From NCBI RefSeq assembly GCF_009914755.1, contig NC_060938.1: a stretch of 64,000 bases of DNA; one strand, written 5' to 3'. Made by a program: the position numbers and the translations under genes. The stretch's first letter is position 1. The number at the start of each line of letters is the position of its first letter. The stretch is from the human T2T-CHM13v2.0 reference genome, Homo sapiens. The notes under the pieces were generated by a model that saw nothing but the letters and a program-made list of their open reading frames with translations, was not told the DNA's origin and searched no databases. Positions 13,301-25,532 of this stretch are shown here, one piece after another.

Positions 13301-13319
13301 CTGTTCTGGCGAGGTACAT

Positions 13320-13480
13320 GTGGGCAGCCCCGCCCCTGCCGTCAGCCGCTATTTGTCTTCCTAGGAAATCACAGCTCGGCCCCCAGGTCCCCAGGTGTGT
13401 GAACTCCACGCTGCAAAGACTAAGAACAGGATTGAAACCGGCGGCACCACTTACTTCCTGAAGTTCCCTTTTCTTCTGGT
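13320..13480 (-). promoter_or_regulatory. I-gamma1 promoter (IL-4/CD40-responsive conserved sequence)
   Basis: STAT6 site TTCCTAGGAA at 13358-13367; kB-like GGGAACTTCA and ETS CAGGAAGT near 13452-13468; GC box at 13328-13336. Confidence 0.8.
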
Positions 13481-13789
13481 GGTTTCTGGGTCAGAGGGCG
13501 AGGGGGAGTCCAGACACAGCCGAGGCTGCCTCATGGGTGTGTGGGGATGGGGGTGGTGGCTGCCCCCATACTCCCCCGTACTCACGGGAGAAGGTGGGGA
13601 GCCCAGACCTTGTGTGCTGCTCTTTTCTCTGTCTCTGAGTCCCTGGGGCTGGACTGATACTGGCAGCGATTATGACCATTCTGCCCGTGATCTCAGCCTC
13701 TCAATACCTGGGCCTCTCATCTGAAGCTTCTGGCCCCCACTAGGCCCTGGTGGCTGCTTTGGCCTGGGCGTGTCTCCAGCTGGCTCTGA

Positions 13790-14495
13790 CTCATGGTGCA
13801 GGGAGGGGAGTGTGAGTTCATCCTGCTGAGCAGCTGGCAAAGGCGAGCTGGGATGGAGATGGGAAGGCATTCCAAGGCTCAGGGCTGAGCTCACAGGCAG
13901 GGGCAGGTCTGGCTGCAGGGAGAACGTGTGTGCTTGAGACCAGGAGGGTCCCAGGGCTGGCCAAGTGGACCCTGCACAGGAAGGCCTCTGAGGCTGGTGC
14001 TCCAGAAGGAACAAGATGGGCTGCCAGGAGCCAGGGCCACCAGCTGTGCTCCTGGGGGCCGAGGGGACTTGGGACAGGTGGATGAACACGCTGAAGCTGA
14101 GTGGAGGTGGTGCAGGGCAGTGTAGCAGCAGAGGGGAGCCAGAGGGGCCCATTCAGGGCCTGGGCAGAGTTGGCCAGAGCCTGTGGTGCAGGTGAGGGGA
14201 AGGGGTTGGGGGCAGGGCCCTGGGGCTGAGCAGACGGGATAGCCTGGCTAGGGACAGGACACTTAACTTCCTCAGAGGTCAGGGGCACACCCGAGTTGCA
14301 GTGGGACTCCAGGGCCACTGGACTACAAGCAGAGAGAGAAATGGGGCCTCCCTGGGGACCGGGGGATGCTGGCACCATGCAGGGTGGGGAGGTCCAAGGG
14401 CAGGTGCAAGGCTCCTACCTGTGCTGGGGGAGCCTGGACTGAGATCAGGAGGGACCTTGCCAGGCCGAAGCTCTAGAGAGAGGGAGGAGCTGGGC
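13790..14495 (-). repeat. Inverted repeat arm B (upstream of I-gamma1)
   Basis: Inverted copy of 9111-9767 with an extra ~40 bp near 14045-14088. Confidence 0.9.
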
Positions 14496-14580
14496 AAGGA
14501 CGATTGTGGAGGTGGGAGGTAGCAGGGAACGGGATGAGGATAGAGGGACTGGGCAGAGAGAAAACCCAAGGAGGTGTCAC

Positions 14581-15230
14581 ACAGGAAGTGTCCAGAATGG
14601 AATAGGAATTGTGCGGAATGGAAAAGGAAGCATCCAGCATGGAACAGGAAGCATCCAGAATGGAACTGGAAGCATCCAGAGTCAAACAAAAAACATCCAG
14701 CATGGAACAGGAAGCATCCAGGATGTAACAGAAAGCATCCAGCATGGAACAGGAAATGTCCAGCATGGAACAGGAAGCATCCAGAATGGAATAGGAAGCA
14801 TCCAGAGTGGAACAAGAAACATCCAACATGGAACAGGAAGCATCCAGAATGGAAAAGGAAGCATCCAGCATGGAACAGGAAGCATGCAGAGTGGAACAGG
14901 AAACGTCCACCATGGAACAGGAAGCATCCAGAGTGGAACAGGAAGCATGCAGAGTGGAACAGGAAATGTCCAGCATGGAACAGGAAGCATCCAGCATGGA
15001 ACAGGAAGCATCCAGCATGGAACAGGGAGCATCCAGAGTGGAACAGGAAATGTCCAGCATGGAACAGGAAGCATCCAGGATGGAACAGGAAGCATCCAGT
15101 GTGGAACAGGAAGCATCCAGAGTGTAACAGGAAACATCCAGCGTGGAACAGGAAGCATCCAGCGTGGAACAGGAAGCATCCAGCGTGGAAGAGGAAGCGT
15201 CCAGCATGGAACGGGAAGCGTCCAGAATGG
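14581..15230 (+). repeat. 21-bp VNTR, ~31 copies
   Basis: Consensus ACAGGAAGCATCCAGCATGGA; explains the 7-residue periodic ORFs in several frames. Confidence 0.95.
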
Positions 15231-15609
15231 GCACTTTGAAGGGAAATCATGTCCCTCCCACTAAATGTGCTCTCCACAAGGACCCGGCCTGCCCTTGTGA
15301 CCCTGCTGGATCCCTGAGCTGGCACCAGCCCTGCCCTCAGAGAGAATGTCCAGGAGACAGGTGGAGGTGCACGTGTGGGTCCCTGGGGAAATCCATCCTC
15401 CAGCCGCAGGCTCCCAGTCGGCTCCCAGCCTCTCGTTCCAGCTTCACCCCATGGAGCTCATAATGGGCTCAACCTCCCAGGCTGGGGGAGGACGGAGTGA
15501 GGGGTCCCCGCACTGCCCATGGCACACCCAGGGGGCTGGGGAGTCTGCACTGGGCTGGGGCAGGGAGGCCTCGTGCAGCCTGTGGGGCTGGCAGCTCAGG
15601 ACAACACTC

Positions 15610-16212
15610 GTATCCGTTAACTGTGGCCCTGGCAACACAGCACCCCAGACTGTGTGGCTTAAACAACAGACGTTTATTCCGTCCTGGTTCTGGAGGCCGG
15701 GCATCTGGGATGGAGGCCTCGGTGGGGCTGGCACCTCTGTGTCATGGGAGACTCTGTCCCAGGCTCTCTCCCTGCTGCTGGGCTTTGCCGGCCGTCTCTG
15801 CTGCTCTTGGCTTATGGAAGCAGCACCATCTTCACAGGGCGTTCTCCCCACGTGCTGTCTGTGCCCAGATTCCCCCTTTTCATGAGGACAGCAGTCATAT
15901 TGGATCAGAGGCTTGCGCTACTCCAGGGTGACCTCATCTGAACTTGATTGCAGCTGCAAAGACTGTTTCCAAACAAGGTCACATTCTGTGGTCCTGGGGG
16001 TTAGGACTTCAACACATGAATTTATAGGGGACACATTTTAACCCATGACAGTTTGCCCTCCGCTCCCCCCATAATCATGTCCTTCTCACACGCAAAATCC
16101 CTGCACCCCATAGCAACATCTCCAAGATGGCTAACCCCTTCCAGCACCAACTCTTAGTCCACAATGTCAGAGAAACATCACCTGCATCAAGTGTGGCAGA
16201 AACCCAGGGTGA
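15610..16212 (-). mobile_element. MLT1 LTR plus truncated MLT1 internal fragment
   Basis: 'ggcttaaacaacaga...ttctggaggc...aaggtcacattctg...ttaggacttcaaca' LTR motifs; paralog at 42720-43324 continues further. Confidence 0.75.
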
Positions 16213-18649
16213 GATTAGGAGAGAAACCACAGCGGGGTGGCGAGCCTCCTGCCCCCTCCGGCCCAGGTGAGGCCGTGTGCACTGTGTGGGTGTGCCTGGG
16301 GCTCCACTTGCCCCTCCCATGTACCTGCTCATTTTCCCCAGGCTGTGGGCATTTGGGGCAGGGGCCTCAGTGCCTGGTCGGCTCTCTCCCGGTTCTATCC
16401 AATGCCCCAAGCTGTGCTGGGCTGGAGGGGCCGGGCAGGGTGGGCCCCCAGGAAGGAGGATGGCATCCCAGGTGGGGCTCCATCTCTGGCCTCTGCCAGC
16501 CTTGAGATCCCCTGTCGTCTGTGTCTCCCTCCTGGGGCCCAGCAGGCCTGCTCAGCTCTGAGCCCCATGTCCGTTCTCACCCTGCTCTGCTTTTCCTTGG
16601 GGTGCTGGCCCTGCCCTGGCCTCCAGAAATGGCCCCTGCCCCCACCCCTTCCTCAGGGGCTGGGCTGTTCCTCTCCTGCCAGGCGTGTGCCCACCTAGGC
16701 CCAATAGGCACAGTGCCTACGGCCCCTCCTGCCCTCTTCTGGCCTTCACGCCCAGCCATGCCGGCAGCCCGCCTCAGTGGCCTGGGCCTTCGCCAGCGCC
16801 TGGCTCTGTGTCCAGCTGCCACTCCTGTGGCCCCGTGGTGCTGCCCCTTTCCCTCAGTGACGGGGGCTGGACTGCCTGGGAACGGGGTGTGTCTCAGCTG
16901 CACACACCTGTGTGTGTCAGTGTGCGCATGGGAGTGTGTGTGTGTGCTGGGGGTATGTGCAGGAATGCTTGTGTCTGGGGGCAGGGGGAGCATCTGCCTT
17001 CCTGCCCCAGGCCTGGAATGGCCATGCCAGGGTGGGTGGGAGCAGCGCGTGCGAGGACAGTGCTGCTTTGACGTCTGCGTGTGGCTGGTGGGGGTGGGAG
17101 GACGTGGTGTGGCACGAGTCTCGGGCTCCCCATCTCCATCCAGCTGATCCCGGATGGCTGCGCTCCTGAGGGTTTAGAGCAGCCCAGGGGGTCAGGAGGC
17201 TGTTGGGACGCTGGAGGCAAGCGCTGGCAGGGATGCGGGTGGGCTGGCCAGGCAGCGTGGCCAGGGGGCTTCGAGCCGGGGCAGTGAACCATCCCCCAAC
17301 TTTTTAAAGTTTTAAAAGTCATATTTACGCAAGTGTAGTTTACATTCAGTATAATCCATCCTGTGACATGTGAGTTTCAACAAATGCACACTCATGCAAC
17401 CACCACCGTAATCCAGATGAACAGTTGCAAGAAGATGTAGAATCTCTCCAAATATTCCACCAGGCCCCTTTGCAATCAACGCCTCCCTGATGGCCAGGAA
17501 TCCATTGATCTGCATTCTGTCAGAAGATTCAGAGTTTATCATTAAAATGATCTATTATGGAAAATATTATAAGCATACAAAACACAAAACCAAGTTTTAA
17601 AAAGTGAGGTATTTCTTAAAAGTTTAGTATACAAACAAAATGAAGGTACCTTCACATTTTACTACAGATGTGCAGATAGTTTTCTTGTTGCACAGAGATA
17701 AGGCAGAATTAAGTCAGAATAATGTTCTAAAACTGACCTCCGGAAGAACTTGTCTTAGTCATTTCTTTGCAGAGTATGTGAACCAAGATTCGGGTTTGGT
17801 CTTTGGTGTTAGCACTGTGTCAAGGATCAGATAGAAAGTACAAATGGAGGGGCCCCTTTCTGAGGCCAGGCCCCACTGTCGGGGCATGTGGGGTGACCAG
17901 GGGCCAATACCAGCTGAGGCTAAGAGGCTGCTCTCAGAAGGGTAGGTTTCCAGGTGTCTCTTGAACCCTTTGTTCAGAACCAGGACATGTGTGGCTGGGC
18001 AGCAGCCTTCAGACCCCCCACAGGCTGGTGCCCGGTGCCCACAGCCCTCTGTTGGGTTGTCAGGCCCCTGCACCCGTGGTGGGGTGTTGGGCTCCAGAGT
18101 TCCCTGGGACCAGCTGATCTCTTGTCCTTGGTTTTGGCCCAAATGCAAGCCCCTGGTCTCCTCCAAGTAACTTCCTTTCCTCAGGGCTGTCCCGGCCCCA
18201 CCGCTGCCTGTTCCTTCCCAGGGCCTCCCGCAAGTCCCGATGCTGACGCCTCTCTGCCCACCTAGTTTGTGGCCGCCGCCTCCAGCTCTGTGTCTGCCTC
18301 CCAGCGAGGGAGCCGTGGTTGATTATCTCGTGAGTGTCTGCCCTTCTGAAGGGTACAGTGTGAAGTCTCATCAGTCTCACTTCAATGCCTAAGCACCTCT
18401 TCAGAAACCAGGGAGTCATCCGGGTTTCTCCATCTTTAACCATGTTTTCTAAAGGTTTTCTTGGCAATTTCCTGGCAATTTGCAAGACAGGATTTTTTGG
18501 TTGCCAACTTCCAATTAGCTTTAAACTTGCCACGATCTCCCAGTTCATCCCGTCCATCGATGATGCTTATTACATTCTTCCTGATTTCCATGTGGCCAAA
18601 TTCAATAGTTATTTACCCCAGGCTTGTATTTTGGAGGCTAAAGAACTCT

Positions 18650-21600
18650 GTTACCAGCTATATCCGTGCTGTGGCTGCCGTAACAAAATATCACAAATGT
18701 GGCTTAAAACAACAAAAATTTTTTCAGAGTTCTGGGAGTCAGAAATCTGAGATCAAGGTGTTGGTGGCTGTCTCTGAGTGCTCCAGGGGAGGACCGTCCA
18801 CCTCTTCCAGCTTCCTGTGGTGCAATAGTTTGGATGTGTGTCTCTCCAAATTTCATGTTGAGATGTGATTCCCAGTGTTGGAGGTGGGCCTGGTGGGAGG
18901 TGATTAGATCATGGGGCTGGACCCCTCATGAATGGCCTAGCACCATCTCCCAGGTGATGAGCGAGTTCTCCCTCAGTTAGTCCCTGTGATAGCTGGTTGT
19001 TTAAAAGTCTGGGACGTGCCACTTTCTTCTCTTGCTCCCTCTTGCCATGTGACATGCCTGCTCCCCCTTCGCCTTCTGCTGTGATTGCAATCTCCCTGAG
19101 GCCTCGCCAGAAGCAGATGCCAGGGCCGTGTTTCCAGAACGGCCTGCAGAAATATGAACTAATTAAACCTCCCTTCCTTCCTTCTCTTCTGCCTTCCCTG
19201 CCCTTCCCTTCTGCCCTGCCCTTCTGCCCTTCTGCTCTCCCCCACCCTTCCCTTCTTCTTGTCTTTTCAAGACAAGTTCTCACTATGTTGCCCAGGTTGG
19301 TCTCAAACTTCTGAGCTCAAGTGATCCTCCTGCCTCTGCCTCCCAAAATGCTAGGATGACAGGTATGAGCCACAGTGCCTGGCCTAAACCTCTTTTCTTT
19401 ATAAATTACTAGCCTCATGTATTTTTTTTTCTAGTAACACAAACTAACACAGAAATTTGGTATTGAGGAGTGGAACATTGCTATAAAGATACCTGAAAAT
19501 TTGGAAGCAGCTTTGGAATCAGGTAACAGGCAGAGAAGTTAGAAGAATTTGGAGGACTCAGAAGAAGACAGGAAGATGAGGGAAAGTTTGGAATTTCTTA
19601 GAGACTATTAAATGGTTGTCACCAAAATGCTGATAGACATATGGACTGTGAAAGCCAGGCTGATGAAATCTCAGATGGAAATGAGGAACTTATTGGGAAC
19701 TGGAGTAAAGGTCACGCTTGTTAAATCCTAAGAAACAACTTGGCTGCATTGTATTCATGCCCTAGGGATCTGTGGAAGTTTGACCTTAAGAGTGATGACT
19801 TAGGACATCTGGTGGAAGATACTTCTAAGCAGACATTTCTAAGGTGTGACCTGGTTGCTTCTAACAGTCTATGGTAAGATATGGGAGCAAAGGAATGACT
19901 TAAAGTTGGAACTGATATTTAAAAGGTGCAAATGAAAAAATAAAATGCTAATGCAAGGGGATTCCAAAGAAACCTGGAAAACCAGTTCAGGCCATGACAG
20001 GAAGGGGAGGGTGGTTTGGACTCCCTCACTATACCCTCTCCCTGTTGGAGTTTAGGCTCAGCTGACCGGTGTTAACATTAAAACAGGGAGCTTAAGACTG
20101 ACAAAGCAGACTCTTTGTAGCAATAAGATATCAAATTCCAACCTGACTCTGGTATAGCATCACATGACAGTTGGCAGGCATGGAAGGAAATTAAAGTATT
20201 TTATGCCAGAATATATTTCTCTGACACATTTTGGAATGGCCCTGCAAAGCCGTCTCTTGTGGAGGAAATGTATATTCTGTCGAGAATCTTTTTCCCTTTC
20301 CAGGTCTCTTCCTGATTCAGGAGAGATTTATCCAAGAGTCTGGCACCTTTTAGGTTCTGATAAGAGACATTGACCATCTCTTCTCTCTGGAACGTGGAGG
20401 CTTCATCTACATAACAAGAACCTTGGCTTCCACAACCTGCTTTATCTTAAGCATTGCTTTTTGCTGACTTCAACTTTTTAGATAATTTAAATTTTTCAGC
20501 CAATTGCCAATCAGAAAATCTTCAAATCCACCTATGATTTGGAATTCCCCACTTTGAATTGTCCTGCCATTCCAAACCAAACGAATGTATACTTTACATG
20601 TATTGATTGATGTCTCATGTCTCCCTAAAACATAAAACCAGGCCGCAACCCAAGCACCTTGCACACATGTTCTCAGGACCTTTTGAGGCTGTGCCACAGT
20701 TCATGGCTCTCACATGTGGCTCAGAATCAATCTCGTCAAGTGTTTTATAGAGTTTGGCTTTTTTCATCAACAAAGGGAAGCAGAGCATAAAAAATTTGGA
20801 AAATTCATGGCCTGGCCATATGGTAGAAAAGAAAAGGTATTTTCAGGAGACAAATATAAGTAGGCTATGGAGCAGCCAGTTGCTAGAGAGATTAGCATAA
20901 CTAAAAGGGAGCTAAGTGCTCATATCCAGAACAAAGGGAAGAAGGCCTTGAAGGCATTTTGGAAATCTCTGAGGTGGTCTTTCCCATCACAGGCCCAGAG
21001 GCCAAGAGGGAAAAGATGGTTTTGTGGGCCATGGCCATGGCCACTGCTGCCTGTGCAGCCTTGGGACACTGCTCTCCACATCCTGGTTCCTCTGGCTCCA
21101 GCCTTGGCTCAAAGGGCCCCAAGTATAGCTTAGGCTGCTTCTTTGGAGAGTGCAAGCCACTATAAGCCTTGGTGACTTCCATCTGGTGTTAAGCCTGTAG
21201 GCCCCCAGAATACAGGAGTGAAGGAAGCTTGGCATCTTCCCTGTAGATTTCAGAAATGTATGAGAAAGCCTAGCTGCCCAGACAGAAGCCTCCTGCCAGC
21301 ATGGAGCCCTCACAGAGAACCTCTACTAGAGCAGTGCCAAAGAGAATGTGGGGTTGAACCCCCATATAATGTCCCCACCAGGGCACTGTCTAGTGGAGCT
21401 GTAGGAAGGGGGCCACTGTCCTCCAGACCCCAGAATGGTGGATCCACTGGCAGCTTGCACCCTGAATCTGGAAAAGCCACAGGCACTCAACTCTATCATG
21501 TGAGAGAAGCCACAGGGGCTACATCCTCCAAAGCCACAGAGGTAGTGTTGTCCAAGGCCTTGGGAGCCCACCCCCTGCACCAGTGTGCCCTGGATATGGG

Positions 21601-22595
21601 ACATGCAGTCAAAGGAGATTACCTTGGAGCTTTAAGATTTAATGACTGCCTTGCTGGATTTCTGACGTGTATGGGGCATGTAGATCCTTTCTTTTTGCCA
21701 ACTTCTCCCTTGTGGAATGGGAATGTTTACCCAATGTCTGCACTCTCATTGTATTTTGGGAGTCAATAATTTGTTTTTGATTTCATAGGCTGATAGGTGG
21801 AAGGGACTCATCTTCAGATGAGACTTGGGACTTGGGAAATTTGGGTTGATGCTGGAATGAGGTAAGACTTTGGGGGACTGTTGAGAAGGCATGATTATAT
21901 TTTGCAACATGAGATTTGGGGGACCAGGGGTGGAAGGATATGGTTTATATATTTGTCCCCTCCAAATCTCATGTTGTAATATGATTCCCAGTGTTGGAAG
22001 TGGGGCCTGGTAGGAGGTGATTAGATCAAGGGGGAAGATCCCTCATGAATGATTTAGAATCATCCCCTTGGTGATGAGTGAATTCTCCCCCAGTCAGCTC
22101 ACACACAGTCTAGTTGTTTAAGTCTGGGGCCCCCCCTCAGCCTCTTGCTCCCATTCTTGCCATGTGGCATACCTGCTCTCCCTTCACCTTCTGCTATGAC
22201 TGTAAGTTTCCTGAGGTCCTCGCCAGAAGCAGATGCTGGTGCCATACTTCCTATACAGCCTGCAGAACTGTGAGCCAATTGAACCTCTTTCCTTCATAAG
22301 TTACTCAGCCTCAGGTATTTCTTTACAGTAATGCAAATGGACAAACACAGGTGGCTCCTGACACACCGCTCATCTTCTCCTTTGTCATCATATGGCTTAC
22401 CTCCATGTATGTCTGTGTCCTCTCCTCTTATGAGGACACCAGTGTTTGGACTTGGGATCCATCCAAAATTTAGTATGATATCATCTCAAGTCCTTAACCT
22501 AATTTGTAAAGACCCCATTTCCAAATAAGGTCACATTCTGAGGTTCCAGGTGGGCATACATTTGGCCAGGGAGATGCCATCAGCCCACCACACCA
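18650..22595. mobile_element. MLT1 LTR (18650-18820, 22350-22595) split by a full-length MST-type MaLR (18821-22349)
   Basis: Two MST LTRs (18821-~19450, ~21936-22349) flank MaLR internal sequence; TSD-like tgtgg/ggtgg. Confidence 0.75.
19927..20772 (+). mobile_element. MER4-group ERV1 solo LTR nested in the MST internal region
   Basis: TG...CA termini with a 4-bp TSD AAGG (19923-19926, 20773-20776); MER4-like 3' end. Confidence 0.65.
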
Positions 22596-22599
22596 GCCT

Positions 22600-24100
22600 A
22601 CGCAGGTACATTTGCATATAGCTTAGGGTTGACCTTTCCCATGGAAGTATTACATCCCCCTCTGGACTCCAGTTTCACATGTTTTAGAATGCTTCACCTT
22701 GTCCAGCAGGATGAGTCTCTTTTCATTTTTTAGTATTTTTCTCTCTCTTCTTTGGATTGGATTAAAAAGAATTGACATATTCTATTGATGCATCTTTAAG
22801 TTTTCAGTTCCTTCTTATGTCTTGTCCAATCTGTTATTAAACTTGGGTAATGTTTTTCTCTTTCTTTTCTTCTTTAATAAAATAGAGATGGGGTTTCACC
22901 ATGTTGCCCAGGGTGGTCTCAAACTCCTGAGATCAAGTGATCCTTCCATGTTTGGCCTCCCAGAGTGCTAGGATTACAGGTATGAGCCACTGGGCCTGGT
23001 CAAATGATGTTTTTCATTTCCGAATCATACTCTTAGTTCTAGAATTTTCATTCGCTTCTTGTAACTATTTTCAGTTTTTTATAGAGATACCTCATCTAGT
23101 CACTCATGATAACCATATTTTCCTTTAAGTCTTTGAACATATTTAACATAACTTCTTTAAAGTCCTTGTCTGATAACTGTATCTGCATCTAGGTCATCTT
23201 GGAGTTGATCTCCATTGATCCCTTTTTCTTTTAACTATGGATCACATTTTCGTATTTCTTTGCATACCTGGTAATTTTGGATGTGCACCTGATGTTGTTA
23301 ACATGTGTACAGGCTATGGGGTTTGCATTCTTCCTTAGCAGAACATTAATTGTTTTTTTCAATGTTAGCAAGCAGTTAGCTTGAGTTGACTCAAACTCCC
23401 CAGTCTGTCTGCCTGGCAGTTGGCAGTAGCTGGAATCTCAGTTCTCTTGACCTTACACGTGTTGCTTTCTGCTGGGCCCTTTGGAGTTTTCCCTACCCAT
23501 GCACACCTAAGGGATCAGCCAGAGGTTTCAGTGGAGTTTACTTGCAGATTGTGGGGTTTCCCTTCGGTGACCTTCTCCTTTATGGACATCTTCTCTTCAT
23601 TTCCAGCTGCTCTGAAAATGTAGCCCGGCATCCCACTCCTCACCAGGAGGGCTGCAGTTTCCTGCTTGAACTCTAGCTGTACCCATTACATGCCCTGGAG
23701 TGTGACTTCAGACGAATATTTAACGGAATAATCCTTACTAGTGTTTGCCTACTTCTGGTCATGTTCCAGTGCCTGCAATTGGTGTGTGTGGGTGTTGTGT
23801 GTGCTTACAGCGTTTCTAGTGTTTATAATTGCCATCTGCCAAAGGGCTAGTCTGATATTAGCTGCTCCAGAATTATTGGAATCAGAACTACTTTCTCTCA
23901 TGTGGTTTTTCATTTTCATTTCCCTGTTGACTAGTGTGGTTCAACATGTTTTCATATGTTTAGTGGCTATTTGGATATCTTCTGTAAAACATCTGTTCAA
24001 TTCTCTTGCCTATTCCTTGTTGGATTATTTGATTTTTTTTCTCATTGGTTTACAGTGGTCTTCTTTATATTATGGATCTGTTTGTGTCAGTCAGTTATAT
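22600..24100 (-). mobile_element. Old L1M fragments with an Alu monomer fragment (~22880-23000)
   Basis: T-rich degenerate L1 antisense sequence; Alu motif 'gagatggggtttcaccatgttgcccagg'. Confidence 0.6.
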
Positions 24101-24261
24101 ATGTTTATAGGAAGCATTAAGAAGAACTGAAATGGACCAAAAGATTAGTAGGTGCCTTCCATGGAAAGCAAGGCATCGTCTTGTACACTCTTCCAAGTTA
24201 TTTCATTCTATGGAGCTCTGCATCTTTTATTTCCTTTGAACTATTTTACACCTCTATAAGC

Positions 24262-24591
24262 CAGGGGTCCCCAACCCCTGGGTCATGCACTGGAATCTGC
24301 TCATGGCCTGTTAGGAACTGGGCCACAGAGCAGGAGGTGAGGGGTGTGTGAGCATTCCTGCCTGAGCTCCACCTCCCGTCAGATCAGTGGCAGCATTAGA
24401 TTCTCATAGGAGCGAACCCTATTGCGAGCTGCACATTCCCAGATCTAAGTTGCACACTCCTCGTGAAATCCTAATGCCTAATGATCTGAGGTAGAACAGC
24501 TTTGTCCCCAAGCCATCCCCCGATCCTGGTCTGTGGAAAAATTGTCTTCCATGGAACTGGTTCCTGGTGCCAAAAATGTTGGGGACTACTG
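24262..24591 (+). mobile_element. MER1B hAT-type DNA transposon
   Basis: TIRs caggggtcccc / ggggactactg; ~330 bp; 8-bp TSD-like ctataagc/ctctaagt. Confidence 0.85.
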
Positions 24592-25532
24592 CTCTAAGTT
24601 GTACATAATTGATAGCAATGCAAAAGCTCTTTGAGTTGGTAGAAATTCAAGTTCTCACCTTTGGAAGGACAATGAATTGCTCCTCATCTTCCAGGGAAAA
24701 GGCCAGTTTTGCATCTATCTATGAACTCCTTTTAGCATTCCTGAATCAATTATGTAAGTGTAGTACTTAGAATTCCACTTTGAACTGGTTGCAACACCTT
24801 AGTTAATAAGATAAAGAGCATCTCTGAAATGTGTCGTCATATGGTTATGTGAGTCCTGATCATAATAGTTTTAGAAAATGATCTTTTAACTCGTTGTGAT
24901 TTCTTCTCCCCCACGGCCCCACCCAGCCGCAGTATCCACGGAGCTTAGTTTTCTGTGGCCCAGGAGGGCAGGAGACCCGGTGTTGATGAGGAGATCTGAG
25001 GTTGGCCCCAACTTTTCCCCACAGCTCTGCTTCAAGGAGTGCCCTGGGAAGGCCTCCCAACCCCACACCTGTCCTGTTGGCCAAGGCGAGCTCCATGCCA
25101 TGTGGCATCTCTGCCGCTGGCCACCTGGTGAGTATCTGTTGAATAGAGAAATGTGCAGCATCTCCACAGAGCCTCCAGGGCTTCTGTGCTCTCCAAACAT
25201 CTCTGGGCTCCTGGCACCCTCTCAGGGTATGATGTGTTGGTGTCTGGGTTGGGCCCCTGTCCCTGAGGGTAGGACTCAGGCAAGGACAAAGCTCTGGACT
25301 CAAAGAGCTGCTGTGGGGGTGAGTGAAAGGAACAGGAGCTTTGGGGTCAGAAATGCGGGTTTCAGCCTGCATTGTCCCCATGAGCAGGGGCTTGCAGGCT
25401 CACCAAGACCTCAGTTTCTACCATGGTGAGAGAGTGTCAGAGACTGCAGCACGTATTTGAAAAGCGTCCAGGGACGGCAGGGGTCTGGGTTGGACCAGCT
25501 CTCCTGAATACTGAGGGTGCGACCTTGACCAT

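Noticed and set aside
14279-15325. 348-, 253-, 252- and 221-aa ORFs with 7-residue periodicity
   Set aside because: Translations of the 21-bp VNTR, open in several frames on both strands, with no splice or promoter context.
17641-17654. Perfect 14-bp palindrome TGAAGGTACCTTCA
   Set aside because: A palindrome of this length is expected by chance in 64 kb, and nothing in the context supports a function.
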